NCBI GenBank assembly: GCA_000320545.1 | Contig: ADNK01001890.1 | Coordinates: forward strand, 62,001-126,000 | DNA length: 64,000 nt | Source: Bigelowiella natans CCMP2755 | Lineage: Eukaryota; Protista; Cercozoa | Direction of reading: 5' to 3' | Shown here: one piece after another, positions 25,501 to 39,046 of the stretch | How the letters are laid out: each line of letters begins with the position of its first letter | How positions within the stretch are numbered: position 1 is the first letter of the stretch | Translations under genes and position numbers: made by a program | Notes under the pieces: generated by a model | The model's database searches: none | Seen by the model: only the letters and a program-made list of their open reading frames with translations | Told to the model about the DNA's origin: nothing

Positions 25501-28500
25501 GCAGATTCAGCTGAAGCAACGACAACGCTCGAAGATGCAATCACAAACCAGAGAAGGAACTGCGGATTCTACAACTACAGTTGCTGTTACTGTTTCTACT
25601 ACTGTACCTAAAATCAAGGGTACGCACGACCATGGTTACGATGAGATTGATAAAAAAGGTGTTACGTTAGCCACCGAGCAAAATAGTCTTCGGATGCAAC
25701 TTGAGTCACTGCGGCGAGCAAAGCAAATTTCAGAGGAACTAAGAGCTGACCAAGTCGCAAATGCAAATCGACAACAAAAATTGATGGAATCAAAGCTCAA
25801 GGTGGCCGAAGAGACAATTAGAAACGAGAAAAAAATTGTGATCGAGATGAAAAAAGCATATGACTCTCAGATCAAATCCATTAAAGATGGAGACGAGGGA
25901 AGATTGGCAGAGTTATTAAAGAAAGAAAAAACACTTGCAGATTCACGTCTCTTGGCGATGAAGGGTGTCAATGATAGAAAAGTCTTGCAACTGATGGAAG
26001 AACACGAAATTGCTGTGAACAGGATGAAAAACTTTCATGCTCGAGAACTAGCAGAAAATGAGTTGCAACATGATTTGAAGGTAGCAGGTTTGAACGCCAA
26101 ACTCTCTCAGATCATCAAGCAGCATGTGTCAGCTGCTGAAGAAGGAAAAATCTTGGACAAAGAGAAACTTCAACACATCATATTTACAGAAGAATATATT
26201 GCGGGGGCTGACAAAAGGAGGGTAGAAACTCACATTTCAAATTTAAAGTCTCAACTGGTTACAATGGAAAAGGAAAAACGGATAGCGGAATCCAAGACCA
26301 AAGATGCTGAATTATCCCTACATAGATTGATGCAAAGCCAGAAGGAAATGAATGAAAAGATGAAAATCTTAAATAAGGCATTAAAAGTTCCACGTACCGT
26401 CGTCACGTTGGCAGCTGGAACCAAGAAGGATGAAGCGATCACCAAAATGATGACTCAGCATAAGAAAGATATTGAATTGCTGAAGCAAAAATTTGGTATT
26501 GAGATTCGAAAGCTTCATATCGCGCATCAGGCAAAGGAGCAACGATTGATTGAAGAGATGAAGAAGGTCAATCTATCGAAATCAATAGAGCAGCGGAGAT
26601 TAGAAGTTAAGTTCACCGAGGCGCGGGCTGATATGGTGTCTAAGATGAATAAAAATGCCGAAACCATACAAGACCTCAACGCTTGTATCCTAAAGCTTGA
26701 GAAGCAACTAATGCAAGAAAAACAAAAATCTGTCAAATTGGTTCAAGAAACCAAAATGCAATCTGCTGAGAAAGTAAAAAGGTGCGACGAAAGGTGGAGG
26801 GTTGCTATCGATGGCATACGGGCCTCTCACACTCACAAAAACGAAGTAATGATGAAGAAACACTCGGAAGAGAAACACCAATATGAAGAAAAGATCCTGA
26901 AGGCAAAAGATGATAGGATGAAGGAAATTTCGTTGCTGACCAAGTTCTACGAAGAAAAGGAGAACAAACTTCTCACCAAAATGGAAGAGAACAAGGATCA
27001 CTTTGCCAAAAAACTAAAGGAAAGTGTTCAGAAGGAGAGAAAGAAACAGAAGTTGAAAGCTAAGAAAGAACTTCAAGAACTCAAGTGGCTGCATAAGAAA
27101 GAAGTGGAAAATCTACAGAGACAAACAAAACAGGACGAAGTTAAACGCGAGCGAAGAAAAGAAGAGGCTAAGACACTTTTGAAAGATGTTGACGTGGGTA
27201 CGAAGACTCAAATGCACTCGAAGGCTACTTTAATCTTGCGTCAAGCTCACGAAAAGGAGAGGTTAAGGCTACAGAAGCGATATGAAGATCTTCGTAATGC
27301 CCATACTAATGAGAAGAATGAACTGGATCAACTCCATCGCCAGAGAATTGCTAGGCTAAGCGCGAAAATGCGTGACAACAACCGAAAGCATCAAAGTGTT
27401 ATTGCAAGGTTGGAAAGGGAGCAAGGGGAAAAGTTGAAGAATGCGATGAAAGAGCAGACAAAGCTGCAAGCCATTCACAGGAAGCAGGTGCAAGGGCTAA
27501 AGCTTGCCCAAAAAGAAACTGAGTATAACATCGCTAAAATTCATGTTGCTGAGATTGCAAAGCTGAAGAGCATAATACATGGTAACGAAAGAAAAGAACA
27601 AATGATGGAGAAGGCCTTAACTGCTGTCAAAGATGGTGAGGAAGGAAAACTCATGAATATTCTTCTGAAAGAGAAGAAAAATATGCAGGCAGATACGGTT
27701 CAAGTGAAACTTGCTTACCAGAAAGAAATCCAAGCTATGAGCGAAGCTATGAGCACATTAAAGAATCAAAAAGATGAAGACGAGGAAAATCTAAAAGATA
27801 TCATAGAATATCAAGAGAAGCAACTTGAAGAATTATCCAGATTAAACGCTTCATTAAGATCTGCGAACGTGGCTACCTCCTCAGCTTCTGCACAAGAGCA
27901 AATTCATTTGTCGCCATTCCATGACTCTCCACGTAAGTACTCACCAAACAGCCTGCATCAACAAAATGCGTCGGAGGAGAAAATAAAAGAGCTGTTAAAG
28001 AAAATAAAGGACACCAATTGCTTTAAAGAGGAGAGAGAACGAGCCTTGCTAGCGAGAATCAAAACAATGAAAGCTCAGTTTGTTGCTTTGAGGGAGGGAG
28101 ACCAATCAAAATGTGATGAAAACTTGATGAAGGAGAGAAATGAGATGTACAAAGAGCTTAGTATGGTCAAAGCATCTGCAGAGGCGGAGAAAGAAATACT
28201 CCGAGAGTCATTACATATGTGCCAACAGCAGTTGGAAGCCAAGCTAAAATCAGACCGGGCATTGCTGGAAAATAATTTCAAGAGATTAATGCAAGATAAT
28301 GAGATTGCACACGAAAGAGAAATTGCAGATCTGAGGTCCTTGATCAGGCAACAAATGGCTCAGCACGCTTTTGATCTGAAGAGAACAAAACTTGCATTTG
28401 AAAAGGAAAGGGGAGTGATTGACGGTGAGATCAAAACTTTAGAAAGAAGACCTGTTCAAGCATCATCGGTTCAGAATAATGGCGATCTGAAGGATGACAA

Positions 28501-28787
28501 CGAAGAGATTGATGACAAAGATAAAGAAATGTTACACCACATAGAATTAATGCAGCTTGATCTTGAGAAGATAAAACTTGAAAATGAGAATCAAAGGAAA
28601 CGTCAGGCAGAGAAGCACAGCTTTGAATTAGGTGTCCTCAATGATAGAATTCGAGACCTTAAACTCCAACTTCATGAACCTGAAGAGAAACAAGGTGGGT
28701 AGTATGAACTGAATTCTATGCGAAACAATTCTATGTCATTGTAACATTCTCTGTAGTACTAAAACTACAAACAATCAGTCACATGTT

Positions 28788-28828
<41 letters not shown>

Positions 28829-31800
28829 GAATGAAAGGAGTAAATGAGACTTTCTTGAAACCAAGCAGCAGTATCATCCCTGGTATCCAAAATACTGATG
28901 GTGCGATAGCTACACGTCCTTCCACATCACAGCAGCAGAATCAGCAAGGACAAAAGTTTTTCCTTGGAAAATCAGCCTCTCTTTTATCATCGTCTTCATC
29001 ATCTCCTTCCGAACCACCGAACAATATAGCAACAACAAGAATTCTGCAAAAGCAACTTGAGGATGACTTGAAGAGAGAGCAAGTTTCAAACAGTAGTCTC
29101 CGAGGGGAAATTCTAAAATTGGAAACACGAATATCAGAAATGCATGTCAACCACCAGACCAGTCTAGAACGGGCTTTGGAATTGATGAAAACTGGCGAGG
29201 AAGGCAAACTACAGAGTGTTCTAAAAAAAGAGCGACAGGGAGTTGAAGAACATTACAGGCATTACATATGTAACCTGCGTGCAAAGAATGAAGACTTACG
29301 TGCATCACTTGAAAATTCGTGGAAACGACTTAAACTGGTGAAGCGCAAGCACGAATTAGAATTGATTCAAACGCAAGAGGAACACATAGCGGCGATATCA
29401 GACATTAAGTTGAGCATGTTAATGCCATCATGTGTGCCAATGACTTCTCGGACAGACGACCGCCACGACGAGAATAACAAAGGTGGAGAATCTGGTATTA
29501 TTTCAGAACACAGGCAACAACAGAAGAAAGAGCACATGAGCCATTGGGAAGCAGGCATCAGAGATATAGTTGAGCACGTAGATGAACTTGACATAAAGGA
29601 CCAAAAGGACATTGGAATTTTGCTGGAGAATAAAATCCACAATCTTGTGTCAAAGGTGATGATCTCAAATAATCATGGGCGTCGCCGCCCCATTGAAGGG
29701 AGAGAAGATACAATATCTAGTTCTCGTAAGCCAGAGTCGGTAAAGGAACACAAAAAGGATATTGACATAATGTCAGCGGTGGCAGAGAAGACAAAGGTTG
29801 TTACAATCAAGGAAGATTTAAAGCAGCAGAAGGTTGTGGCAGATACGTCCGGTAACTTTGAAAGTCTCATAAAAAGGCAGAAAATCGAGCATAAGCTAGA
29901 AATCAGTCAGCTTAAAGAGGAATATAGAATGGAGAGGTTGGGTTTGATTTTAGAACACAAGAAAGAGCTTATGATAGTTAGATCATCAGCCAGGCAAGAA
30001 ATGGAGAAACAGCTGCTTCATCTAAAGCACGATATTGAGAAAGAGAGAAAGGATGAGAGTTCATCTTCCTCCACTCCAACCTCTTCCTCTGCGGCAGCTG
30101 AAATTGCTGTACAAGAAAAATTAGCTGCGAGCAGATGGATGAGAGAAGCGGAAGCTACATGGAACAAGGAGAGGAATCGCCTACAACAGCAACTTGAAAG
30201 TATTCGAGTTACATCGAACGAAAAGCTCTCCCAGCTAGAAAGGCTTCATCAAAATCAATTAAATACATTATTGGTGGAAAGGACTAGAGCTGTAAATAAG
30301 ACTCGTTCTCATCCAACACATCCTTCTCTTGTCACTAATTCTCTCGCCTACTGTGACGACGGCAAGTCGAAGGAAGAGGGCAGCTCCGAGGTTATGAAAT
30401 CTAAGGAGGAGGAAGCTCTTCTTAGAGATTCAGTGCGACAGTCTCTAAAATACGAGCATGAGGTAGAATTAGAACGCATTCACTCCAGATATAAGAATGA
30501 AATTGGTGAACTAAGAAGAAGTACAAGTATCATTGAGGAGAGAATGCGCAATTTCCATGAAGATCAAAAGAACGCACTACGAGCTCAGCTTGAGGCGATT
30601 AATTCGCAGAATGAATCGAAATTGATGAAATTATTAATGGATGAAAAAGCGAAGACAAAATTAGCATTCGGTGAGCTTAATATGCTTAAAGCCCAGTCGA
30701 GTGAGATGGCAGAGCATGCGAATAAAGCACAGAGGGAATCTACCACACAGTTACTAGACTGCAAGGATAGAGAAATACAATTACTTAAAGCACGACACAG
30801 ACAGAACATTGAAGATCTTCGCAAGAAGTGGAGTCTACAAATGGTGCAGGAGTTGGAGAAATCTGCTGCAGAGACCAAAACATCAACAAATCAGCCTGAA
30901 TCTAAGTCTATTGCGATCCAAGACATCATTACAAAGGTGATTGATCGAGAGAGGCTGTTGTTTCACAATAATAAATTTGGTGATGAGGATGAGAAGCAGC
31001 TAGTAGTGAACCAACGCGGTGATATGACTCAAAGCAGAAATAACAACACCAATATCCCGGACCGATGTCCTTATTAAGTCGAAGAACGAAGTCAGAGACA
31101 GAAGTGAAAACAACACCAGCAGCAGCATTACCACTCCATAAACCACCAGAAACACATGTACTAGAAACCGAACTATCTATTTACAAATCTAAGCTAAGAG
31201 ATAGGCAAAGAGAGAATGATGTTCTGTTTGCAAAAGTCAACACCTTACAAGGGAAGTTGCATGAACTAGATGAGCAAAATGAAAAACTGCTCAAGGTGAT
31301 ACAGGCCTCAGACGCGAGACACAAAATGGAGACTGAGTCCTCAGAGAGAAAGCATCGAAACCAATTACAAATGGTCAGGGAGAGCTTGGTGCCTGCTGCT
31401 TCGCCGGCTGTGCCCACAAAAGATTCAACAAATCCAATCTCAATTCCTAGTGCTAATCATGGAGACGACAATGATAACATCTTCAATCTCGTTCTTGAGC
31501 GCGACGAACTCAAGACTTCGATGGAAAAGGCAACTAGAAGAATGAAAAAATTGGAATCGGAAATGCAAGAGCTTGTAGACCTGATTGATAATGAGAGAGC
31601 TTCTCACCAGAAAGAGTTGACTTCCATAGGCGAAGGACACGGAAGAGTTGTTCAAGCCCTTCAGTTAAAACTCAAGCAAAGGGACATCCAGCTTGAAATG
31701 ATCGAAAAGCTCAAGAGGGAAGCTGGGAAGAAAGATGATGATGTGAAAACCAGTAGTAGTAGTAGTAGTAGTAGCTTAGAGATAGAGAAGATCCGCAAGA

Positions 31801-34800
31801 TGCAAGTACAGTTGGAACTACAACTTGGTGAAAAAGCCAATCTAAAAAATGGTTTCGAAGAATATAAGCTCCAAATGGAGATAGAAATGAACAATATGAG
31901 ACAAAGTCATGAACATAATTTGATGGAGATTCAACAGCAGGTAAAGAGAATTCAACGTCATCATCCTGAATAATAATTGCAATTCATCTTTTGTTCGAAT
32001 TTTACACTATGGATAAGCACCACCATGGAGATGATAAATACTGTATCACCTAACTGTTTGTTATATGTTTAGTACCATAAGAAACTGGAGGAAGAAAGAC
32101 GTCAATGGAAATCCCAACTTCAGATGGTCAAAATCGAGAATATCGTCAGTACAAAGGTAGGAAAATTTACGTTTTTGTTTTCTGAATTGATAAACTCATT
32201 TGTTTTATTTTGCACTACTAACTACATAATCATCAGTCGGGTACATCATTATTAGCATTATCATCATCAAGGGGTAGTGAAGAGGCCCCCCCAGTCTCTT
32301 ATCCAACCAATTCTGGAGAAGAAATGAAAACAAATAGAGCTACATCCTCTCTTCCAATCGGTGTTGAACAGTTGAGAGCGTTAGAAAAGAACCATGAAAG
32401 AGAGCGACAGCAAGCGGAGCAAAAAGTGCAGAGTGTCAAAGATATGCACAACGACGATATGATTATCCTAAAAATGAAACACCGAATGGAGCTCCAGCGA
32501 TTGATTGATGAGATCAAAGTGAGAGACAGTAAAATATCCATCCTGCAGATGACAACGACGAGTGAGATTTCGACTGGAGGAGGGTACTTAGGGAGAAAAG
32601 AGGGAAGTAACGGCGCTATTGAGGCTCGGATTGTGAAATTACAGTATGATTGTGAGCAAGACAAGTCGCGAGCTCTTAAAAATATGAAAGATGTCCATGA
32701 GAAGCAGGTCAACGAAATGAAGGAGCAATTGCAAATGGCTATACAAAGCCATGAGCTTGAAATGGGAAAGCTACACAAGAAGCACTTAGAACGAACGAAA
32801 ATCCTCAGAAGACAATTGCATCAAGTGGAAGAAGACTCAGAGCAAAGACTTAAAGAATGGAAATCTTCCCGTGAAACCCTCCTTCAAGAGGCACTCGTTG
32901 GTATCAAATCTCGAGAAAATAAGAGGATTGTGGAAATGGTGCTGAAACAAAAAGGTGAGGCTGACAAGAAGGTAGCAAAGGCGATGGGAAAATGGAGACA
33001 AGAAAGGAGGCAACTTGAAGAGTCCCATCACCAAGAAGTTCAATCGTACATACGTAAAATGGATCATCTAGGGAAGCTCGCTGAGGGAGCTCAACGTAGA
33101 GAAAGAGAACAATCGAAAATTTTCTTATCACAGCGAGCCGAATTGATGGACCAACTGCAGCAGAAAGAGATTGAGTTGCTTAATCCCATGCGCCATAATG
33201 TTCAAAGTGAAGGCGAGGCAAAAGCACATAATAAGTCTTCGTTTACGTCGATCGGTGCGCAGCAACAGCATCCTAATAATAGTGACAGTAAATGTAGCCT
33301 TAAAGAACAGGCTGGGGAAAAGCACAACAAATTCGGTAATACTGAAATAGAGGGACAAGGAGAGAAAGATGTTACTCGAAGGAGTTCCATTCTTTTCCAG
33401 AAACAGTATGCAGAACTTGAGGAAAAGTACCAACAATCCATGCAAGCAGAGATGAGAAAACGAAGAGAAGAATCGAAAGAGCTGCTGACTCTTCTACAAG
33501 AACAGCAAAAGCGACATACAGACGAAATAGAGAAAGAGAAGTCAAATCACAAGATGATCGTAGCAAAACTCATGGAAGATTATAAATCTGAATTGCAGGC
33601 TGCGAAGAAAAGTCGTCATCATCGCCAAAATACACAGAGTCATCTTATGAGCAGCTTTCAAGATTCTATTTCGCCAGATATGCCTTTGATCATCGATGAG
33701 CTTCAGCGGGAATTACATACCACGAAGGAGAATATGAAGGAAATAGAACTGGCACATCAGTCTCAGATCCATCTTTTTGAGGCCAAAGAGGCATTTTTCA
33801 AGAAAAGGCTAAAGCAGCAACTTGAAGATGAGGTTGGAGGGCCATCTATGCAACTTCGTATACTGACTGCGGGCGATCAAGACAAGGAGGAGATACAAAG
33901 GAGTTTCTCTGAACTTCGATTAGAGATAGAAAGAAAAAATAAGCTACTTGAGGAAAAAGATGAAGATATTGTGAGTTCTGAAAGAGAACGGCGAGTTGAG
34001 TATGAAAGGATGATGGTGCTGATGAATCAGCAAAAGAATTCTTTTGAAAAGCGCATCCAAGTTCTTATGGACACTTTGGAAAATGAGAAAAGGGGCTCAA
34101 GGATAGAAATGATAAAGTTGCAGGAAGAGTCGGAGAAAGCACGTGTAGAGCAAGACCAAAAATGGCAGCTTCAACTTGATACAATTCAATCGTGGGACGG
34201 TGAAAAACTTGCGAGACTTCTTGCAGAGGAAAAGCTTCGAATCTCAAAGCAGATTTCGGATGAGAGGACGAATTGGATGAGAAAGATGAAAGAGCTCGAA
34301 GATAGTCTTGGAAAGGCAATCAATCAAAGGCATACGGCCCAGGAAGAGTTGCACAATGCCGAGATTCAGATAAAAAAAGTTTCAGAAGCTTTGAAAAGGG
34401 AAATAGAGGAAAGAGATGATACCATCTCAAGTGCCTTGAGAGAGCAGCAGCTAGAACACTCTAAAGAAATGAGAAAAGCTTTCTCTGAGTTTGGTGTATC
34501 TACCGTGACTACTACAGCAACAGCTGCTTCTTCTATCATTTCTAATTCAGCTGCTACCCTAACCCCTGAAGAAAAGCAAGAGATTGCAGCTGCTTCAGAC
34601 ATGGCGAGACTAAAAAACCAAGAATTACAAAGTCTATACGAGAAGATTGAACTCCTTCAGAAACGACTCAAGAAAACGAAGGAACAGCACAATTCCTTAC
34701 ACGATACTGTGGCTGACCAGAAAATACTACATGCGAGTGAATGCCAGAGGCTTGCAGGTAAGCATGCTAATGAATGCCAAGCTATCCGTAAAAACATGGA

Positions 34801-37340
34801 AAGATCACGACGTGAGGTCGAAGAGCTTCTCCGAACCAACTACAAGCAGAATATTGTAATCATGAAGAAGCAATTTCAGGCAATCAGCCAGGGGAAAGCC
34901 AAGCTATTGATGTCTTTAATGGAAGAAGAAAAAAAGAAGGCGAAAGAGGGTCTAGAGCAGATTATCAGTATTAACAATGCCGACATGGAAAATCTGAGAA
35001 TCTCCCACCTTAGAGAGAAGGATATCCTGAATAGCAAAATCGAGGCTCTACAATCGCAATTACGAAATGTACGACAAGGAATTAAAACGCCTGAAGATAA
35101 TACTAGTACTGCAAATGAGGTGGAGGAGGACTACAAGCTTCAAGATTTGCGCTCTGAGCTAGTAAATCTTCAAAAAAAATTTGGCCAAGTCGAGCAAGAA
35201 CATGTATCCGAGGTGAAGGGCTTGCTAGGGGAGAATCAGAAGCTGCAAAATCAAATAGCAGAATTAAGCCAACAACTCTTCCAAGAGCGAGCACGGAACA
35301 TGATTGATAACGTTGAGGAGGGAAAGCCAAAGATTGCAAAAGTGGAAGTTAAGCATAGCAGCGGAAAGAAAGAGACAGACATTGATGGCGTCAACAACAA
35401 CAACAACAATGATGATGATGATAATAATGATGATAATGGCAGGGATGATGAGAGTAAAGCGGAGAGCCTTAGCGTTGTTGGTACAGTAGCCTCTCTTTCA
35501 GAGTATGAGTCAAAAGCACTCGTAACAATGAATAGCCAGTACCAGACAAATAATCTAGTATTATCTCAAAATGTAATGGATACAAAGACTGTGGACGATA
35601 TGCTGTACGTTGTGGACAAGCTCGAGCGAATAGGAGATGGATCAATCAAATCTATGGAATCTGGGGTGGTACTACCGAATTCAGTTGTAAATCACGTTAG
35701 AGAGCTCAAAGCTACTCTGACAAAAGTTACTCAAGAGAGGAAAACATACCACAAGATGATGCTTGATGCTAGCAAGCACCTTGCTATGAGCCAACGGGCT
35801 ACAGATATCCTGGAGAAGGAGAATGAAAAGCTGAAATCACAAATATCGACGGTATTAATGGAGAAAAAAATGCTGGAGGCTGAAATTCACCAGCTTAAGA
35901 AATTATCCAGACAGAAAGACTCCGCTGCAGTAGGAGGTTCTTCCTCGTCGAGATCAGCTAGTGGTCAAGATGCTGCACCAGTCCTACTACTATCGGACAG
36001 CGACGATGACAATTCGCAACAAAAGAATAGTAAGGACCACAAGAAAAACACGAGAAAGAAGGCGGCTTCGATCGTGAAAGAAACTAATGCCAACACCAGT
36101 ATTATTTCTGATGAGGAGGCAAAAGGCTCAGCTTCTGCAGCTAGTGGTGGAAAAGGAAGAGGAGGAGGAGGAGGAGGAGGAAATGGAGTAGTTGGGTCAG
36201 CAGTTATTCCACCACCAACAACAACACAACTAGCACCACCACCACTAGCTGCATCCGGAAATGGGATTCCCCCTCCACCGCCTGCTTTTCTCTTGCCACC
36301 TGGAGGTGGGGGAGGAGGAATACCTCCCCCACCTCCTCCAGGATTATTAGGTCTCGGAGTAGGAGGAATTCCACCACCACCAGGAGGATTATTAAACTTT
36401 GTACCTCAAGAATCTCTGGAGGATAAGATTCTCAAAGAACATGGTCTGGAAAAGCCTCAAGATTTCGTGCCCAAGCAGAAGATGAAGAAATTGCACTGGA
36501 ATAAAATCAAGGTGGGGGATATCCCAGAGAGCGTTTGGCTCCCAATCAACAAGCAACTAGTTGAGCAGAAGAAGCAACAACAACTACTACTCAAGTCCAT
36601 GGACCTAGAAGATGTATTTGCAGAACGAAAGCTCGGAAGAAAAAAGAAGAAAGAGGCTAGTGGCATCAAGAAAATTGTCAAATTGATTGACTCAAAGAGG
36701 GACCAAAATGTTAAAATCGCTCTGAATGCACTAAAGATGCCTCCAGATCGCATCTTGAATGCCCTCATTGGTATGCATCAGGACGTCCTACCTCTCGATT
36801 CGCTAAATCGTATTTCATCCGTATTTCCAAATGATGAAGAACTGAGGAAAGTAATGAGTTACAGAGGAAATGTGGCCCAATTAGGCCAAACTGAAAGGCT
36901 CTTTCGCACACTGGGATCAGTGTATGGCCTCAAGACAAGATTGCAACTGTTCCAATTTACCCAAGAATTTCCTACTTTAAAGAGGAAACTTGAAAGAAAT
37001 CTTATGACAGCGCGGGCTGGATTTGAGGCGGTACTTCACAGCAAAGCACTTCAAGGGATATTGAGCACGCTGCTTCAGTATGGTAACTACATGAATTCTG
37101 GGTCGAGACTTGGGAAGGCTTATGGCTTCACACTGAAAACATTAGAACTGCTGAGTGGTTTAAAGTCTACAGATAATAAGACCAACTTGATGCAGCATTT
37201 AGTCAGAGATGTTACTAAGAAAGGAGGCCTTTGTGCCCGCTTTTTAAATGAGATGAAAGGAATTCCCGCAGCTGCAGCAATCGATAGCTCACACCTTAAT
37301 CTACAGTTTCAAAAGGTACTATGGCATCAATGGCCTCTCT

Positions 37341-37426
<86 letters not shown>

Positions 37427-38349
37427 GGGGGGGAGGGGAGGGTGGTTTAACATAACGAGATTGTTGTAGTCATCAATACTAATACTCTATTATGAATCAT
37501 ATATTCAATTTAGATGAAAGATAATATCTCGTTGCTTAAGGAAAGCCTCAAAGAGCGACCTTCAAATCTTCCCAAATGGCAAAGAGCACGCCCCTACCCT
37601 TCCACTGCATTTGAATTCTATAAAACTGTGAAGAAGGATGTGGAGAGAATAGAGGAAATGTTTGCTCAGTGCAGCATGAAATTCGAGAGAACCCAGAAGT
37701 ATTTAGTCGATGAAGAGAAAAAATGGGAGGAAATGTTTCAGAAATTAGCAGAGTTTTTGGTGAATTTCAAAAAGGCACAAATGGAGGTACAAAAAAAGGA
37801 TAAAATTAAGCAGCCGCCAAAGAAAGGAGATGAAGAAGGATCTCAACAAACGGCGAAACCCTACGAAACCAAACTCTCCCCAAACAAATCGTCGTCTTTG
37901 AAGGGGGGAATTGCTGAGAAGAAGAACAAGACCAAAAATGAGATTACAATATTTTCAAGTCCGGAGGAGTTAAAGCAGATGCGTTCTCAATGGAAAGAGA
38001 CTCAGAAAAAGTTGCAGAAAGCTCTTGAAAAGGCCAAAATGGAAGAGGAGACTACCAGTCAAGATTTTGAAACAAACGAGTTTTCCTACATCGAAGAAGC
38101 AAAACATTTAAAAAGCGGCAGTGGAGTAGTCAAAAAAAGAGGTAGTGCGGAGACACTTACCAGCAGGGAGATTGATCTCTTAAAACGACATCTCCAAGGG
38201 CTTGCCGATGGTAGTAGTAGTAGTAGTAGAGGAGGAGGAGGAGGAGAAGGTAATAGTAGGAGTAGCTCCGTTGCGGGTGGTAGTATTATCAGCAGCCTAA
38301 ATAATTCATTCGAAACATCGTCGATATCGTCTTCTCCACAGCGCCAACG

Positions 38350-38381
<32 letters not shown>

Positions 38382-39007
38382 TCCGTACAATTTCTACAGC
38401 AGTGGAGGTCCCTGGCCCTCTTCTTTCTGATGATTCTCAAGGAATGGCAGATAGTGTTAACGATCGAAAGGAAATGGACAATGATGGTGATGATGATGAT
38501 GGAATATCCTCTGAATATGACAGTGACACAGAAACGCAGAAAAAGCCCGCACATCTCGAGGAACTTATGAAAGATCTACAGGAGATCAAGGATGATGAAT
38601 TTGCCTCTAAGGTAACAGCAGTTGATCATTATGTTGAATTGTTAAGTGCTACTTACAACTGTATCGCCTTCTGAGCATTCTCCCTCTTCACCACTCCTCC
38701 ATCTTCTTCCTCGCCACCTCCTCCTTCCTATGATTAACCCCAATTTCTCTCTATTATGGATCTCTATTATCGTATAATAATTACTACTACCTTGCCTCTA
38801 CTACTATCAGGTGCAGGACGCCGTCCAAAAGGAAACAGAAAAGTTACACTACGAGTACAAAAAGAGGATGGAAACTTTGAGAAATAATCATGCAGAGGAG
38901 GTAATATTTGTCTTGAGGCAAATTAATGAATTTTAATTTATGCATACACAATGACAGCATTGAAAAAATAATATATTCCATCATCTTTCAAATATTCTTA
39001 GAATGAA

Positions 39008-39046
<39 letters not shown>

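Noticed and set aside
31019-31037. 19-nt GT..AG segment resembling a nucleomorph-type tiny intron
   Set aside because: Removing it does not restore the downstream reading frame, and the other introns here are much longer.
7668-31043. Possible TAA stop-codon reassignment (in-frame TAA at 7668 and 31041)
   Set aside because: Multi-kb Gln/Glu-rich exons (e.g. 21155-28694) contain no in-frame TAA, and other ORFs end in TAA. The standard code fits.
13622-36768. Long antisense Ser/Leu/Phe-rich ORFs opposite the formin
   Set aside because: Expected shadow of GAA/AAA/GAG-rich coiled-coil codons.
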